64,000 bases of DNA from Candidatus Nanoarchaeia archaeon (GTDB taxonomy: Archaea; Nanobdellota; Nanobdellia; Woesearchaeales; UBA583), in contig JBNKLP010000002.1 in the NCBI GenBank assembly GCA_050292425.1, positions 561 through 64,560 on the forward strand, in the 5' to 3' direction. The translations under genes and the position numbers were made by a program. The notes below the pieces were generated by a model. The model worked only from the letters and a program-made list of their open reading frames with translations. It made no database searches and was not told the origin of the DNA. Positions within the stretch are counted from its first letter, which is position 1; every line of letters begins with the position of its first letter. Positions 34,086 through 44,066 of the stretch are shown here, in pieces.

Positions 34086-35468
34086 ATGACAAATAACGAC
34101 AATTTGGTGGTTAAAGTAAAGAAATTAGCTTCTGGAGAGCTTTCATGTGTAAAAAATGTTAAAACCTTTTTGTCAAATATAGAAAAAAACAACAAAAAAT
34201 ACAACATTTTTCTTGAAATAAACACGGATGCTGAGCAAATTGCAGCAAAATTGGATAAAAAAAGAGAAAATAAAGAAAAATTAGGCTCTCTTTTTGGTTT
34301 GGTTATTGCTTTGAAATCTAATATATCAATAAAAGACATGACTATTTCCTGTGCTTCTAAGACTCTAGATAATTATAAGGGAACTTTTAATGCTGATATT
34401 GTTGAAAAACTTTTAAAAGAGGATGCTATAATTATTGGGATTGTAAATAATGATGAATTTGCCTCTGGAGGTTCTGGAGAGAATTCTGCCTTTCAAAATA
34501 CAATCAATCCATTTTCTTCAAAAAGAATACCTGGTGGATCTTCATCTGGTTCTGCAGCAGCTGTAGCTGCAGATATGTGCGATATAGCACTAGGTTCAGA
34601 TACTGGAGGAAGTATTAGAAATCCTGCATCTCATTGTGGAATTGTAGGAATAAAACCATCGTATGGTAGAGTCTCAAGATATGGTCTTGTTGATCTTTCA
34701 ATGAGCCTTGACCAAATAGGACCATTATCTAAAGATGTATATGGTTCAGCTCTTATAATGAAAGTTCTTGCTGGTTCAAGTCCAAACGATGCAATAACTA
34801 TTGACAAACCTGTTTCTGACTACACAAAATTTGAAGATAAAAAACTTACAATAGGAGTAATAAAGACATTTGATAAACTTATTGATGATGATAGAATAAG
34901 AAAAATTCTAAACTTTAGAATTGATCAATTAAAGAAACTAGGTCATAAAATTGTTGAAATCGACATTAAGAACATTGATCTTGCAATTCAAGCATACTAT
35001 CCAATCGTCTATACTGAATTCTTTTCAGGAACAAGAAAATTTGATGGAGTAAAATATGCTCATAAAATTGAAGATACTGCTGGGACTGAGGCTTTAAGAA
35101 GACTTCTTGGAGGCAATGAAATTTCAAGGTCTGAATTCGATGGTGCATATTACAAAAAAGCTCTAAAAGTAAAAGAAATCATTGCAAAGGAATTTGATAG
35201 AGTATTCAAACAGGTAGATATAATCCTGACTCCAGTAACACCAATGCTGCCTCATAAATTTGGAACTCAATTAACTACTGAGCAAATGTATGCCTACGAT
35301 GCATTCACAATTCCTGCAAACCTAGGAGGAATATGTGCAGGAGTTGTTTCAATTGATACAATAAAAGAGGATGATGGCCCTGTTAGTGTTGGATTACAAA
35401 TTTATGCAAATAAATTTGAAGAAAAGAAGCTTTTTGATTCTATGAAGATTATTGAAGATATTAAATGA
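34086..35468 (+). CDS. gatA: aspartyl/glutamyl-tRNA amidotransferase subunit A (amidase signature family)
   Basis: The amidase signature is GGSSSGSAAAVAA...GSDTGGSIRNPAS, and SRYGLV is also present. The 460-aa size fits. Confidence 0.85.
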   Translation: MTNNDNLVVKVKKLASGELSCVKNVKTFLSNIEKNNKKYNIFLEINTDAEQIAAKLDKKRENKEKLGSLFGLVIALKSNISIKDMTISCASKTLDNYKGTFNADIVEKLLKEDAIIIGIVNNDEFASGGSGENSAFQNTINPFSSKRIPGGSSSGSAAAVAADMCDIALGSDTGGSIRNPASHCGIVGIKPSYGRVSRYGLVDLSMSLDQIGPLSKDVYGSALIMKVLAGSSPNDAITIDKPVSDYTKFEDKKLTIGVIKTFDKLIDDDRIRKILNFRIDQLKKLGHKIVEIDIKNIDLAIQAYYPIVYTEFFSGTRKFDGVKYAHKIEDTAGTEALRRLLGGNEISRSEFDGAYYKKALKVKEIIAKEFDRVFKQVDIILTPVTPMLPHKFGTQLTTEQMYAYDAFTIPANLGGICAGVVSIDTIKEDDGPVSVGLQIYANKFEEKKLFDSMKIIEDIK

Positions 35469-35626
35469 GTAAACTGGGTTTACCAATAATCTTTCGAAAA
35501 ATTCTTGCCTTTTTTTCAAAACTTTAAACCTTTTTTTCAACAAAAAAATATTATTTATCCCAAAAGAAAATTTTCGGATAAACTTTGAAATAAACTTATT
35601 TAAAAAGAAAAGAGTTAATCGATTAT

Positions 35627-37369
35627 ATGAAGAAAAATATTTTATTTTTAATTCTTTTATTTTATATTCAAATAGCTTCTTCTGCCTACATTTCAGAAAT
35701 AGACTTTATAGATAATGAATTTGTTGAAATATATTCAAATGAAAATTTAAACTTAAATGATGCAATTTTTTATGATGATGAGGGAGAAGATAAGGCAAAT
35801 TCCTTAACTTTGGTTCAGAATAAAAACTCACCATACTATCTAATTGTTGGACAGAACTTTCTTGATGCATATAATTATGAGAATTTTGATTGTACAATCT
35901 ACAAAACAGGAAAAACCAATCCAGGTTATTATGGTCTAAAAAGTGGAGGCGAAGATATAACTCTAAAAATAGACAACTCAACCTCTCTATCCTGGACAAA
36001 AGACAAAGATTATTCATTTAATGAAAATGAAACATTAAATTATAATCTCAATAATTCTTCATACTACATTCATCTAAAATCTCCATGTTCAAACACTCCT
36101 CAAACAATTTCAGAGCAAACTCAAGAACCTAAACTTGAGCAAAAGCAAATACAAACTTCTTCAGAAGACACTTCTTGTAATTATCAATTTTCCATCTTAC
36201 CAGAAAAACAACTTTTTACTGACAAAATTCAGTACAAATTCCAAACTAATGCAACAGATTTTGAAATAGAATACTGGATTGAAGACTATGATGGAAACAT
36301 TGCAAAAGATAAAACAACAACTAAAAATAAAAACACAAAATCTTATACACCTCCAGAATTTACTCAGATTTATATTCTTAAAGCAAAACTTAATGTAGAA
36401 GATTGCATCATTTTAGCTTCAAATCAGACGACTTTTTACTCAAAACACATAGAATGTTCTCAAACTTCAGATTCATCTTCGGAATCCTCTTCAGACTCAA
36501 ACATTAAATCTTCAATTTCCTACATTTCAATCATCAACAAGGGTGAACTTTTATCTGGTTCATCAAATACACTTTTATATGAAATTTACAAAGGAGATAC
36601 TGCAAAAAGAGCAATTTATATTTATCAAAACAACCAGAAAATTCATACTTTTGAGCTTGAGAAATATACAAGAATAAAAGGAAGACTCCCAATTTCAGAA
36701 GAAACCAATGAAATAAAATTTGAAGGATTCAATTTATCTGAATCAATCACACTAAGTAAAAGTAATCCTAGTTTACCAGAAAACTCCATAAACTCAAATC
36801 AATTCTTTTCTATATACAACATAACTCAGAATTCAAATAAAATTAATTTCTTCATATACTCAAATTTTGAAAATTTAACTGCAACCTGTTACATTTACCT
36901 AAACAAAACCAAGATTTCAGAGGAAATAAACTTAAACAAATCTTCTCAATATTCTTTGCAAGTTGATTTAGAAAAACTTCTAAAGAAAACTTCTGCAGTT
37001 AAATTCAACTTAAAATTAATTTGTAAATATAAAAAATCACATTTAAAATCCTATAATTATGAAAATTCTTACTTCAATTTCACAATGCCTGAAAAATCCT
37101 ATGCGCAGGATTTAATTGATGATTATGATTTTGGATATTTAGAAACAAATTCAAATCATTATGAAACTAAATATAGCTCAAACTTCCTATCAACTCTTTC
37201 TTCAAATGTAAAAACTCAATCATTGTTTTCAGACACCCAATTAGTAGAAATTCCTACCAAATACACACAAGAATACCAAAGTGAAGGAAAAACACTCAAA
37301 GACAAATCATTCTACTTTATTTTTGTAGGAGTTGTAATTGTTCTAATTCTAATGTTGTTGAAATGGTAA
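35627..37369 (+). CDS. secreted, C-terminally membrane-anchored protein with an N-terminal lamin-tail-like domain
   Basis: The signal peptide is MKKNILFLILLFYIQIASSA. YISEIDFIDNEFVEIYSNENLNLNDAIFYDDEG matches the LTD pattern (i.EI..n...EFVELyN...vdL.g..l.D). The C-terminal TM is FYFIFVGVVIVLILMLL. Confidence 0.55.
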   Translation: MKKNILFLILLFYIQIASSAYISEIDFIDNEFVEIYSNENLNLNDAIFYDDEGEDKANSLTLVQNKNSPYYLIVGQNFLDAYNYENFDCTIYKTGKTNPGYYGLKSGGEDITLKIDNSTSLSWTKDKDYSFNENETLNYNLNNSSYYIHLKSPCSNTPQTISEQTQEPKLEQKQIQTSSEDTSCNYQFSILPEKQLFTDKIQYKFQTNATDFEIEYWIEDYDGNIAKDKTTTKNKNTKSYTPPEFTQIYILKAKLNVEDCIILASNQTTFYSKHIECSQTSDSSSESSSDSNIKSSISYISIINKGELLSGSSNTLLYEIYKGDTAKRAIYIYQNNQKIHTFELEKYTRIKGRLPISEETNEIKFEGFNLSESITLSKSNPSLPENSINSNQFFSIYNITQNSNKINFFIYSNFENLTATCYIYLNKTKISEEINLNKSSQYSLQVDLEKLLKKTSAVKFNLKLICKYKKSHLKSYNYENSYFNFTMPEKSYAQDLIDDYDFGYLETNSNHYETKYSSNFLSTLSSNVKTQSLFSDTQLVEIPTKYTQEYQSEGKTLKDKSFYFIFVGVVIVLILMLLKW

Positions 37370-39445
37370 TTAAATTATCAGTTTAACATCAACTAAATAA
37401 ACTCCCTTTTCATTGCAGATAATTGGATTCAGATCAACTTCCTTTATCATAGGGAAAATCTCCTGAAGAAAACTCATTCGAACAAGAACTTCATACAGAT
37501 GCTCGAAATGAATAGGTTTTGATCCTCTGAATCCTTTAAGTAAAGTGTAAACTTTAGAACTCTCAACCAATTTCTCAGCTCTCTTTCTAGACAAAGGACA
37601 AGTTGCAAAATTAACATCCTTAAAAACACTTACATAAGTGCCTCCCATTCCAAACATGATGAAATTACCAAGACTCTCATCACTCTTCAAACCTAAAATT
37701 ACTTCGGTTCCTTTAACTTCTTCTTCAACAGTTACCACAAACTCACCTCCTACCTTCTCCAAATCATCAAACATATTCAAAGCAACTTCTTTGAAATTTT
37801 CAGCAATAATTCCAACAGCAACTCCTCCAACATCTTTCTTGTGCACAAGCTTCTCTCCATCACCTTTCAAAACATATTTCTTATTTGAATCAAGCTTAAC
37901 CAAATCAATATCTTTACGTGATTTCAAAATTTTTTTATGAGGAATATGAATTGCAAATACATCCATGATCTTCTTTGTCATAGCAAAATCCAGCAATCCA
38001 CTTTTTCCTTCAAGTTCCTCCTTCAAATGCTCAATCTTTTCTCTATCAAACTTGTATCTTCGAACATCATCATCATAATTAAAAGTATTGTACTCATGCA
38101 AATAATTCATTGCAACCAAAGCTTCATAAGGTGTTACAAAATTTGCAAAATGGCTTTCATCAAAAAAATCAACTGCTCCTTTAATCTCCTTGTCTCCCAA
38201 AAAACAGGAAAAAATGCACTTATCAGACTTTTTGGCAACTGAAACAGCGCTTTGTGCAATATTCATACAATCAGTCATAATTTGTGGGGTAAGCAAAACC
38301 ATGATGTTTCCAATCTCATCAATCTTTGCAAACTCTTCTATTGCTCCCTTGTACCTGTCAGATTTCGCATCTCCCAAAATATCAATTGGATTATTCAAAC
38401 TTCCTTCCTTTGGCAAAAACTCAAATTTCTTCTTCTGTTCATCAGATAATCGAAATAGTTCAAAATCAGTTTGAGCAGCAACATCAGTTGCAATAACTCC
38501 GGGACCTCCTGCATTAGTCACAATTACAAGTTTATTGTTCTTAGGAAGTTTTGCTTTAAGTGCTATCATCACATTGTAAAGTTCATCAAGTGTCTTAACC
38601 AAAATTCCATTATTTGTTCTAATCAAAGTATCAACTAAAATATTATCCTGTGCAAGAGATCCTGTGTGTGAACCTATTGCCTTTTTGGCATTATCAGAAG
38701 TTCCAGGTTTTATTATCACAACAGGTTTTACTTTTGAAACTTCTCTTAAAACCTTTCCAAATTCCTCTCCTCTCTCAAGAGTTTCCATATAAAACACAAT
38801 TGACTTTGTTTTCTTGTCTTCCTTTAAATACTCAAGCATTGAGAGAGTATCAACTCCTGCCATATTTCCCATGCTCACAATTTTTGAAAATCCTATATTG
38901 TTCTTAAAACTCCAATCAATAATAGCATCAATTACAGCTCCACTCTGAGAAATAAGTGCTGTGCCACCACTAATTGGAATGTCTTTTGCAAATGAGCAGT
39001 TAAGCTCAATTTCTGCATTCAAAAATCCAAGACAATTAGGACCTATAACATTCAATTCTCTTTCTCTGATAAGTTTTTTTAATTCTTCTTCTCTGGTACG
39101 ACCCTCTTCTCCAACTTCTTTGAAACCAGCAGAAATGATTACTATGTTTTTAATAAAATTATTTGCACATTCCCTAACAGCATCTAGAACAAACATTGAA
39201 GGGATTGCAATAATTGCCAAATCTACTTTTCTTGCGATCTCAGAAATGCTCTTAAAAGATTGAACTCCTTGAACCATTCCACCTTTCACATTAACAGCAT
39301 AAGCAAGAATTTCTTTTTTTTTCAAAATTTGCGAAAAAATATAGCCACCAATTTTTGAAACATCATCAGATGCTCCAACAACAGCAATGGATTTTGGATA
39401 AAAAAGATTTTCAAGTCCTGATTTCTTCGAAAATTTGTCAAACAT
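37370..39445 (-). CDS. acd: acetyl-CoA synthetase (ADP-forming), fused alpha-beta
   Basis: The CoA-binding N-terminus is YPKSIAVVGASDDVSKIGG. ISQSGA and the phosphohistidine loop GSHTGSLA are present, followed by a C-terminal ATP-grasp half. I prefer the ATG at 39445. The many + strand ORFs inside are shadows. Confidence 0.85.
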   Translation of the reverse strand: MFDKFSKKSGLENLFYPKSIAVVGASDDVSKIGGYIFSQILKKKEILAYAVNVKGGMVQGVQSFKSISEIARKVDLAIIAIPSMFVLDAVRECANNFIKNIVIISAGFKEVGEEGRTREEELKKLIRERELNVIGPNCLGFLNAEIELNCSFAKDIPISGGTALISQSGAVIDAIIDWSFKNNIGFSKIVSMGNMAGVDTLSMLEYLKEDKKTKSIVFYMETLERGEEFGKVLREVSKVKPVVIIKPGTSDNAKKAIGSHTGSLAQDNILVDTLIRTNNGILVKTLDELYNVMIALKAKLPKNNKLVIVTNAGGPGVIATDVAAQTDFELFRLSDEQKKKFEFLPKEGSLNNPIDILGDAKSDRYKGAIEEFAKIDEIGNIMVLLTPQIMTDCMNIAQSAVSVAKKSDKCIFSCFLGDKEIKGAVDFFDESHFANFVTPYEALVAMNYLHEYNTFNYDDDVRRYKFDREKIEHLKEELEGKSGLLDFAMTKKIMDVFAIHIPHKKILKSRKDIDLVKLDSNKKYVLKGDGEKLVHKKDVGGVAVGIIAENFKEVALNMFDDLEKVGGEFVVTVEEEVKGTEVILGLKSDESLGNFIMFGMGGTYVSVFKDVNFATCPLSRKRAEKLVESSKVYTLLKGFRGSKPIHFEHLYEVLVRMSFLQEIFPMIKEVDLNPIICNEKGVYLVDVKLII

Positions 39446-39525
39446 ACTGAAATCACGAATATTAATTATAAAAAGTTCTATAATTACTATCAAATTAGAA
39501 AGTACTCCACAATAATCTTTATACT

Positions 39526-39544
39526 CTGTGAATCTTATTCACAG
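39526..39544. promoter_or_regulatory. perfect palindrome CTGTGAAT-CTT-ATTCACAG between divergent acd and rpl15 promoters
   Basis: The 8-bp arms have a 3-nt spacer. A second dyad ACAATT-N10-AATTGT (39551-39572) abuts a TTTATAAA TATA box (39572-39579). An SD-like AAGGTGAT (39607-39614) precedes the rpl15 ATG. Confidence 0.4.
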
Positions 39545-39620
39545 TGTCTAACAATTTGGGAAACCGAATTGTTTATAAACGCATTCTCATTACTTTTTAG
39601 TATAATAAGGTGATTATATC

Positions 39621-40151
39621 ATGTTAGCAAAGAAAAAATCAAAAGTCTCAAGAATGAGAGGAACTTCTTCTCATGGTTGGGGCCACAAGAAAAAGCATAG
39701 AGGAGCAGGACACAGAGGAGGAGTTGGTCTTTCTGGTACTGGAGCTATGGGAGATGCACAAAAACCAGGTATTCTGGCAAACTCAAAAGGAATTTTAAAA
39801 AAGATTTCAGCTGCAAAAGGAATTAAGATGTCCAAAATTAAACTTGGAAACACTTACAACACAAAAAGAGGATTCGCATCAATTCACAAAAAGAAACAGA
39901 ATGTGCTTTCTTTAAATTACCTTGAGCACAACTACGACAAACTAGTTGAATCAGGAGTTATTGTTGAAGAAAAAAAAGAGATGATTTTCGATTCAACTGC
40001 TTTCAATTACAATAAAGTTCTTGGAAGAGGGAAATTCACAAAGAAAATGACTATTGTTTGCTTTGATATCTCTGAAAATGCTAAGCAGGCTGTTGAAGCT
40101 GCTGGTGGAAAAGTTGTAATTCTTGGTGCTGATGAAGCATCCGAAGAATAA
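39621..40151 (+). CDS. rpl15: 50S ribosomal protein uL15
   Basis: RMRGTSSHGWGHKKKHRGAGHRGGVGLSGTG is the uL15 Gly/basic N-terminal signature. The gene lies upstream of secY, as in conserved archaeal ribosomal clusters. Confidence 0.9.
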   Translation: MLAKKKSKVSRMRGTSSHGWGHKKKHRGAGHRGGVGLSGTGAMGDAQKPGILANSKGILKKISAAKGIKMSKIKLGNTYNTKRGFASIHKKKQNVLSLNYLEHNYDKLVESGVIVEEKKEMIFDSTAFNYNKVLGRGKFTKKMTIVCFDISENAKQAVEAAGGKVVILGADEASEE

Positions 40152-40214
40152 AACTAATTTTTATTTCTAAAATTTATCAGAAATGTTTTTAAACTCTTAC
40201 TATTTTGTAAATTT

Positions 40215-41591
40215 ATGTCATTCTATAGAAATTTATTGACAACGCTGCCAGAGGTGGCAAGTCCAGCACAAAAGCAGACTCTGAAAAAAAGAATGCTTTG
40301 GACTTTAGGAATGCTAATCTTATTCTTATTTTTGGCTTCCATACCTCTGTACGGAGTTAGTGCCTCTCAGGCAGAATACTTTAAAACACTAGAACTTCTG
40401 CTTGGTGCAAAAATAGGAATGCTTCTAACACTGGGAATTGGTCCTATTGTTACAGCATCAATTGTTTTGCAACTTCTTAAAGGTTCAGGATTACTGAAAT
40501 TTGATCTTTCAACAGAAGATGGTAAATTTTTGTATTCAGGAACTCACAAACTTATGACTTTTATCTTCATAGTTCTTGAAGCTATTGTTTATGTATCTTT
40601 TGGAGCAGTTCAGGCAAACACTCCTGATGTTGCATGGTTGGTAATGGTTCAAATGGCCTTAGGAGGATTCATTGTATTTTATATGGACGAAGTCGTGAAA
40701 AAATGGGGATTTGGATCAGGTGTTTCCCTATTTATTGCAGCAGGAATTGGGCAGGCAGTATTCTTACAACTGTTATCTCCATTCACTCAAGCAGGAGGTT
40801 TTGGTTGGGCATTTGGAGGAGATGAACCTGCTGTTGGAAAAATTTGGGCAGGACTTTATTACCTATCTGGAGGAGACCCTTCAACATTTATGACAGCAGT
40901 TTTAGGACCTATCCTTATCACAGTTGGTTTGTTTTTCTTAATTGTATTCTTTCAGTCAGTAAATGTGGAAATTCCACTTTCTTTTGGAAGAGTTAGGGGA
41001 CAGTCAATGAGGTGGCCTTTAAACTTTTTTTACTCAGGTGTAATTCCAGTAATTTTAATTTCGGCTCTTGGAGCAAACTTTAGATTATGGTCAACACTTT
41101 GGTCTAATTTAAGAGGACTTGAACCAGGAGAAGGATTCTTTGCAACTGCAATTACTTTTATTCAACCTTTATCAGGTTCAATATGGCAAAATCTTGGAAA
41201 CTTTTTTACTCTCCAAGTATGGCCTCATATCCTTTCATACACTCTTTATTTAGTTATAGGTTCATCATTATTTGCATACTTTTGGGTTCAGACTTCAGGA
41301 CTTGATTCAAAATCACAAGCAAGACAAATTATCAACTCAGGACTTCAGATTCCCGGATTCAGAAAAGATGAAAGAATTATTGAAAAGATTCTTGATAGGT
41401 ACATTGTTCCTCTTACTCTTATGGGAGGTATTGGTATTGGTCTGTTAGCTGCAACTGCAGACATTATGGGTGCACTTACATCAGGAACTGGAATCCTTCT
41501 TATGATTATGATCATATATCAATTCTATCAGCAGCTTGCAAGAGAGTCAATGGAAGACTTTAGTTTATTAAGAAAATTCATGCGTAAATAA
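40215..41591 (+). CDS. secY: preprotein translocase subunit SecY
   Basis: 458 aa, 10-TM profile, conserved position after uL15, and SecY-like segments (GIGPIVTASIVLQLL, YSGVIPVIL). Confidence 0.9.
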   Translation: MSFYRNLLTTLPEVASPAQKQTLKKRMLWTLGMLILFLFLASIPLYGVSASQAEYFKTLELLLGAKIGMLLTLGIGPIVTASIVLQLLKGSGLLKFDLSTEDGKFLYSGTHKLMTFIFIVLEAIVYVSFGAVQANTPDVAWLVMVQMALGGFIVFYMDEVVKKWGFGSGVSLFIAAGIGQAVFLQLLSPFTQAGGFGWAFGGDEPAVGKIWAGLYYLSGGDPSTFMTAVLGPILITVGLFFLIVFFQSVNVEIPLSFGRVRGQSMRWPLNFFYSGVIPVILISALGANFRLWSTLWSNLRGLEPGEGFFATAITFIQPLSGSIWQNLGNFFTLQVWPHILSYTLYLVIGSSLFAYFWVQTSGLDSKSQARQIINSGLQIPGFRKDERIIEKILDRYIVPLTLMGGIGIGLLAATADIMGALTSGTGILLMIMIIYQFYQQLARESMEDFSLLRKFMRK

Positions 41592-41658
41592 AATTTTAAT
41601 AATTTTCAATTTTATTTTTAGTCAATAGATATATATACTTATTCAAAATATTCTAATT

Positions 41659-42009
41659 ATGGAGAAAGACATTTCTTTTAAAGATTCAATAAAAATTACT
41701 CATAATATAATAGAGAGATTTGAGAAAATAGAAGGCAAACCCTGGGGAGTTGAGGGATCTATGATTGAGCTTGCCAAACAAGTTGGAGAACTTTCCAAAT
41801 ATGTAATGGTAAATGAAAAGTATTATTTTCAAAACAGAGATAAAACAGATTCACAATATGTAACAACAAAAGAGAAGATTGGAGATGAGCTCGCTGATGT
41901 TTTATTTGCCATAATAAGAATTGCAAAACATTACAATATAGATTTGCTCCAATCGCATTTAAAGGCAAGAAAGCAAGAAGATGAATTTCTCAAATCAAAA
42001 AACGTATGA
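41659..42009 (+). CDS. MazG-like nucleotide pyrophosphohydrolase
   Basis: IELAKQVGELSK and GDELADVLFAIIRIAKHYNIDL form the EExxE/D metal-binding helices of the all-alpha NTP-PPase fold. Confidence 0.7.
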   Translation: MEKDISFKDSIKITHNIIERFEKIEGKPWGVEGSMIELAKQVGELSKYVMVNEKYYFQNRDKTDSQYVTTKEKIGDELADVLFAIIRIAKHYNIDLLQSHLKARKQEDEFLKSKNV

Positions 42010-42010
42010 A

Positions 42011-43222
42011 TTAAATCAGACTAAAAATTACCGGAACTAATAATATTCCCATTAAATGCACTCTCCTAACATTAAGTGTAACACAAAGCAATCCTAAAAA
42101 AGCTGCTCCTATGCAGATTAGAATTCCAATTATTCCTTCAATAAGTCCTACAACTAAAAACAAGAATATCAAAATACATATATTAACTATATTAAAATTA
42201 ATTTTAGAAACTATTTTAATTATTTTCTTTCCCAGAAAACATGTGAGAAAAAACCCAATAATTGAAATACCTAAAATAACTCCAAAATAAACAAGTAAAT
42301 CCTCAAAACCAATACTTTCTACTAAAAGAGATATTACATAAACACTGCCATTTCTTGCTCTCTCAATCAGGTAAAATGTTAAAAAACTCAAAATAAATCC
42401 AATGGTATTAATACTACTTAAAACAACAATAAAAATTTCACTAGTTATTTTCTTAAAAAAAAGAGAAGCAATAGTTGCAGCTTGAGCATTTCCAACTCCC
42501 GGACTAATTGAACAAACAGTTGAACACAGACCTCCAACACAAATTGATTTTAAAAATCCTTTTCCTAATCCAAATTTAAAATCAAATTTTTGTTTAGGAA
42601 TGGAAGAACTCTCATCAATTAGACTATAAACAATGGAACTTACTCCAAAAAGTCCTGAAAATAAGACCAAAAGTGGATTATCAACTAAATGAGTATTCAA
42701 TATCAAACTTCCGTATCCTGCAGAAAACAAAACAATAATTATTGCCCAGAATTTCTTGTTCCATCCTTTTTCAAGTAAAATTAAACTTCCAAGTGTAAAC
42801 ATTAAAATAAATGGAATGTATTCTTTTACAAATTCATAAGAACTCTCAAGTCCAAAAAATACTATTGGTGCAATTAAAAATGAAAAAAATGTTCCAAACA
42901 AACTTCCAAGACTGCTTAAAAATATTGCTTCATAGCCTCTTCCTTCCAAAACTAGCCTATGTCCTGGAAGAACACTAAGAGCAGTATCTGCAGATGGAAC
43001 TCCAAAAAGAACAGAAGGTATGAAATCAACAAAACTATGAACAACTCCCATAACAATAATAAATATCACAAGCAAATTTAAATCAAAAATTTCAATCAAA
43101 AAAGCAGCATTAACAAAAACAATCATACTAACCATATTAATATGAACTCCAGGCAACATTCCTGTAAATATCCCTGCAAGAATTCCCAAAAAACAAACAA
43201 AAAGAAAAGAAAAAATTTCCAT
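42011..43222 (-). CDS. TctA/DUF112-family membrane protein
   Basis: GILAGIFTGMLPGVHINMV and later SISPGVGNAQAATIA resemble the duplicated TctA motif (G.lPGig). The protein is polytopic. I prefer the ATG at 43222. Confidence 0.5.
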   Translation of the reverse strand: MEIFSFLFVCFLGILAGIFTGMLPGVHINMVSMIVFVNAAFLIEIFDLNLLVIFIIVMGVVHSFVDFIPSVLFGVPSADTALSVLPGHRLVLEGRGYEAIFLSSLGSLFGTFFSFLIAPIVFFGLESSYEFVKEYIPFILMFTLGSLILLEKGWNKKFWAIIIVLFSAGYGSLILNTHLVDNPLLVLFSGLFGVSSIVYSLIDESSSIPKQKFDFKFGLGKGFLKSICVGGLCSTVCSISPGVGNAQAATIASLFFKKITSEIFIVVLSSINTIGFILSFLTFYLIERARNGSVYVISLLVESIGFEDLLVYFGVILGISIIGFFLTCFLGKKIIKIVSKINFNIVNICILIFLFLVVGLIEGIIGILICIGAAFLGLLCVTLNVRRVHLMGILLVPVIFSLI

Positions 43223-43388
43223 TAAAATCAAAAGACTATTTTCAGTTTAAAAACAATTTCATCTATATTTATCCCAAAATTTTATTTTTTATCCAAAAAA
43301 TATTTTATTTTCAATTTTTATGGCTATTTTTTTAAAATTAAAACAAGTATATTTTTAAATAAAAAAGAATCCAGTTTAAATAACAAAA

Positions 43389-44066
43389 ATGCTCAAGCTT
43401 GGTAATTTTATTGATAATTTAATAGGGCCTCTTCAAAAAGATACAATAACTACATTCTATGGTCCTCCAGGATCTGGCAAATCAACTCTTTGTTTTGAGT
43501 ATGCTTCTCGATGTACTCAAAATAATAAAAAAGTAATCTATATTGACACAGAAGGTGGTTTCTCTGCAGAAAGACTAAAACAGATAAATCCGCAAATCAA
43601 CTTATCTGAGATTATAGTAATTTCTCCAAAAACATTTGAAGATCAACACAAGGCAATTCAAAACTTGAACAAACAAATAAAAGACTCTAAACACATTGGA
43701 CTGATTATAGTTGATTCATTAGTAATGCTTTACAGATTAAAACTAGGTGATGCACCAAAAAAAATAAACTCTGAATTAGCACAACAACTCTCACTTTTAA
43801 CTGAAATTTCAAGAACTTTTCATATTCCTATAATTGTAACAAATCAGATGTACACAAATTTTGATACAAAAGAAAAAAAAATGGCAGGAGGAAGTTTGGT
43901 TGAATACTGGTCAAAAATAATTGTTGAATTTGACAAGCATCAGGATATAAAATTTGCAACCTTGATTAAGCATAAACACAAAAAAGAAGGAAATGAAATA
44001 AAATTTGAAATTTGTAATGATGGTTTAAAAGAAGCAAAATTCAGATCATTCAACATATTTAGATGA
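43389..44066 (+). CDS. radB: DNA repair and recombination protein RadB
   Basis: 225 aa with a RecA core only: Walker A GPPGSGKST and Walker B LIIVDS. It lacks the N-terminal HhH domain. Confidence 0.8.
   Translation: MLKLGNFIDNLIGPLQKDTITTFYGPPGSGKSTLCFEYASRCTQNNKKVIYIDTEGGFSAERLKQINPQINLSEIIVISPKTFEDQHKAIQNLNKQIKDSKHIGLIIVDSLVMLYRLKLGDAPKKINSELAQQLSLLTEISRTFHIPIIVTNQMYTNFDTKEKKMAGGSLVEYWSKIIVEFDKHQDIKFATLIKHKHKKEGNEIKFEICNDGLKEAKFRSFNIFR

Noticed and set aside
34058-34339. 93-aa minus-strand ORF overlapping the gatA start.
   Set aside because: It is antisense to the well-supported gatA 5' end. Its hydrophobic low-complexity sequence looks like shadow-frame translation.
37638-39263. A series of + strand ORFs (65-101 aa) inside the acd gene. 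Similar antisense ORFs occur inside PAN/Hel308 (7761-8982), pepA (57495-58467), proS (14524-15737), polB (32788-33532) and the ATPase (47546-50455).
   Set aside because: They lie entirely within long, motif-supported genes on the opposite strand. They have Ser/Phe/Leu/Ile-rich shadow-frame composition and no motifs. These are typical antisense artefacts of AT-rich coding DNA.
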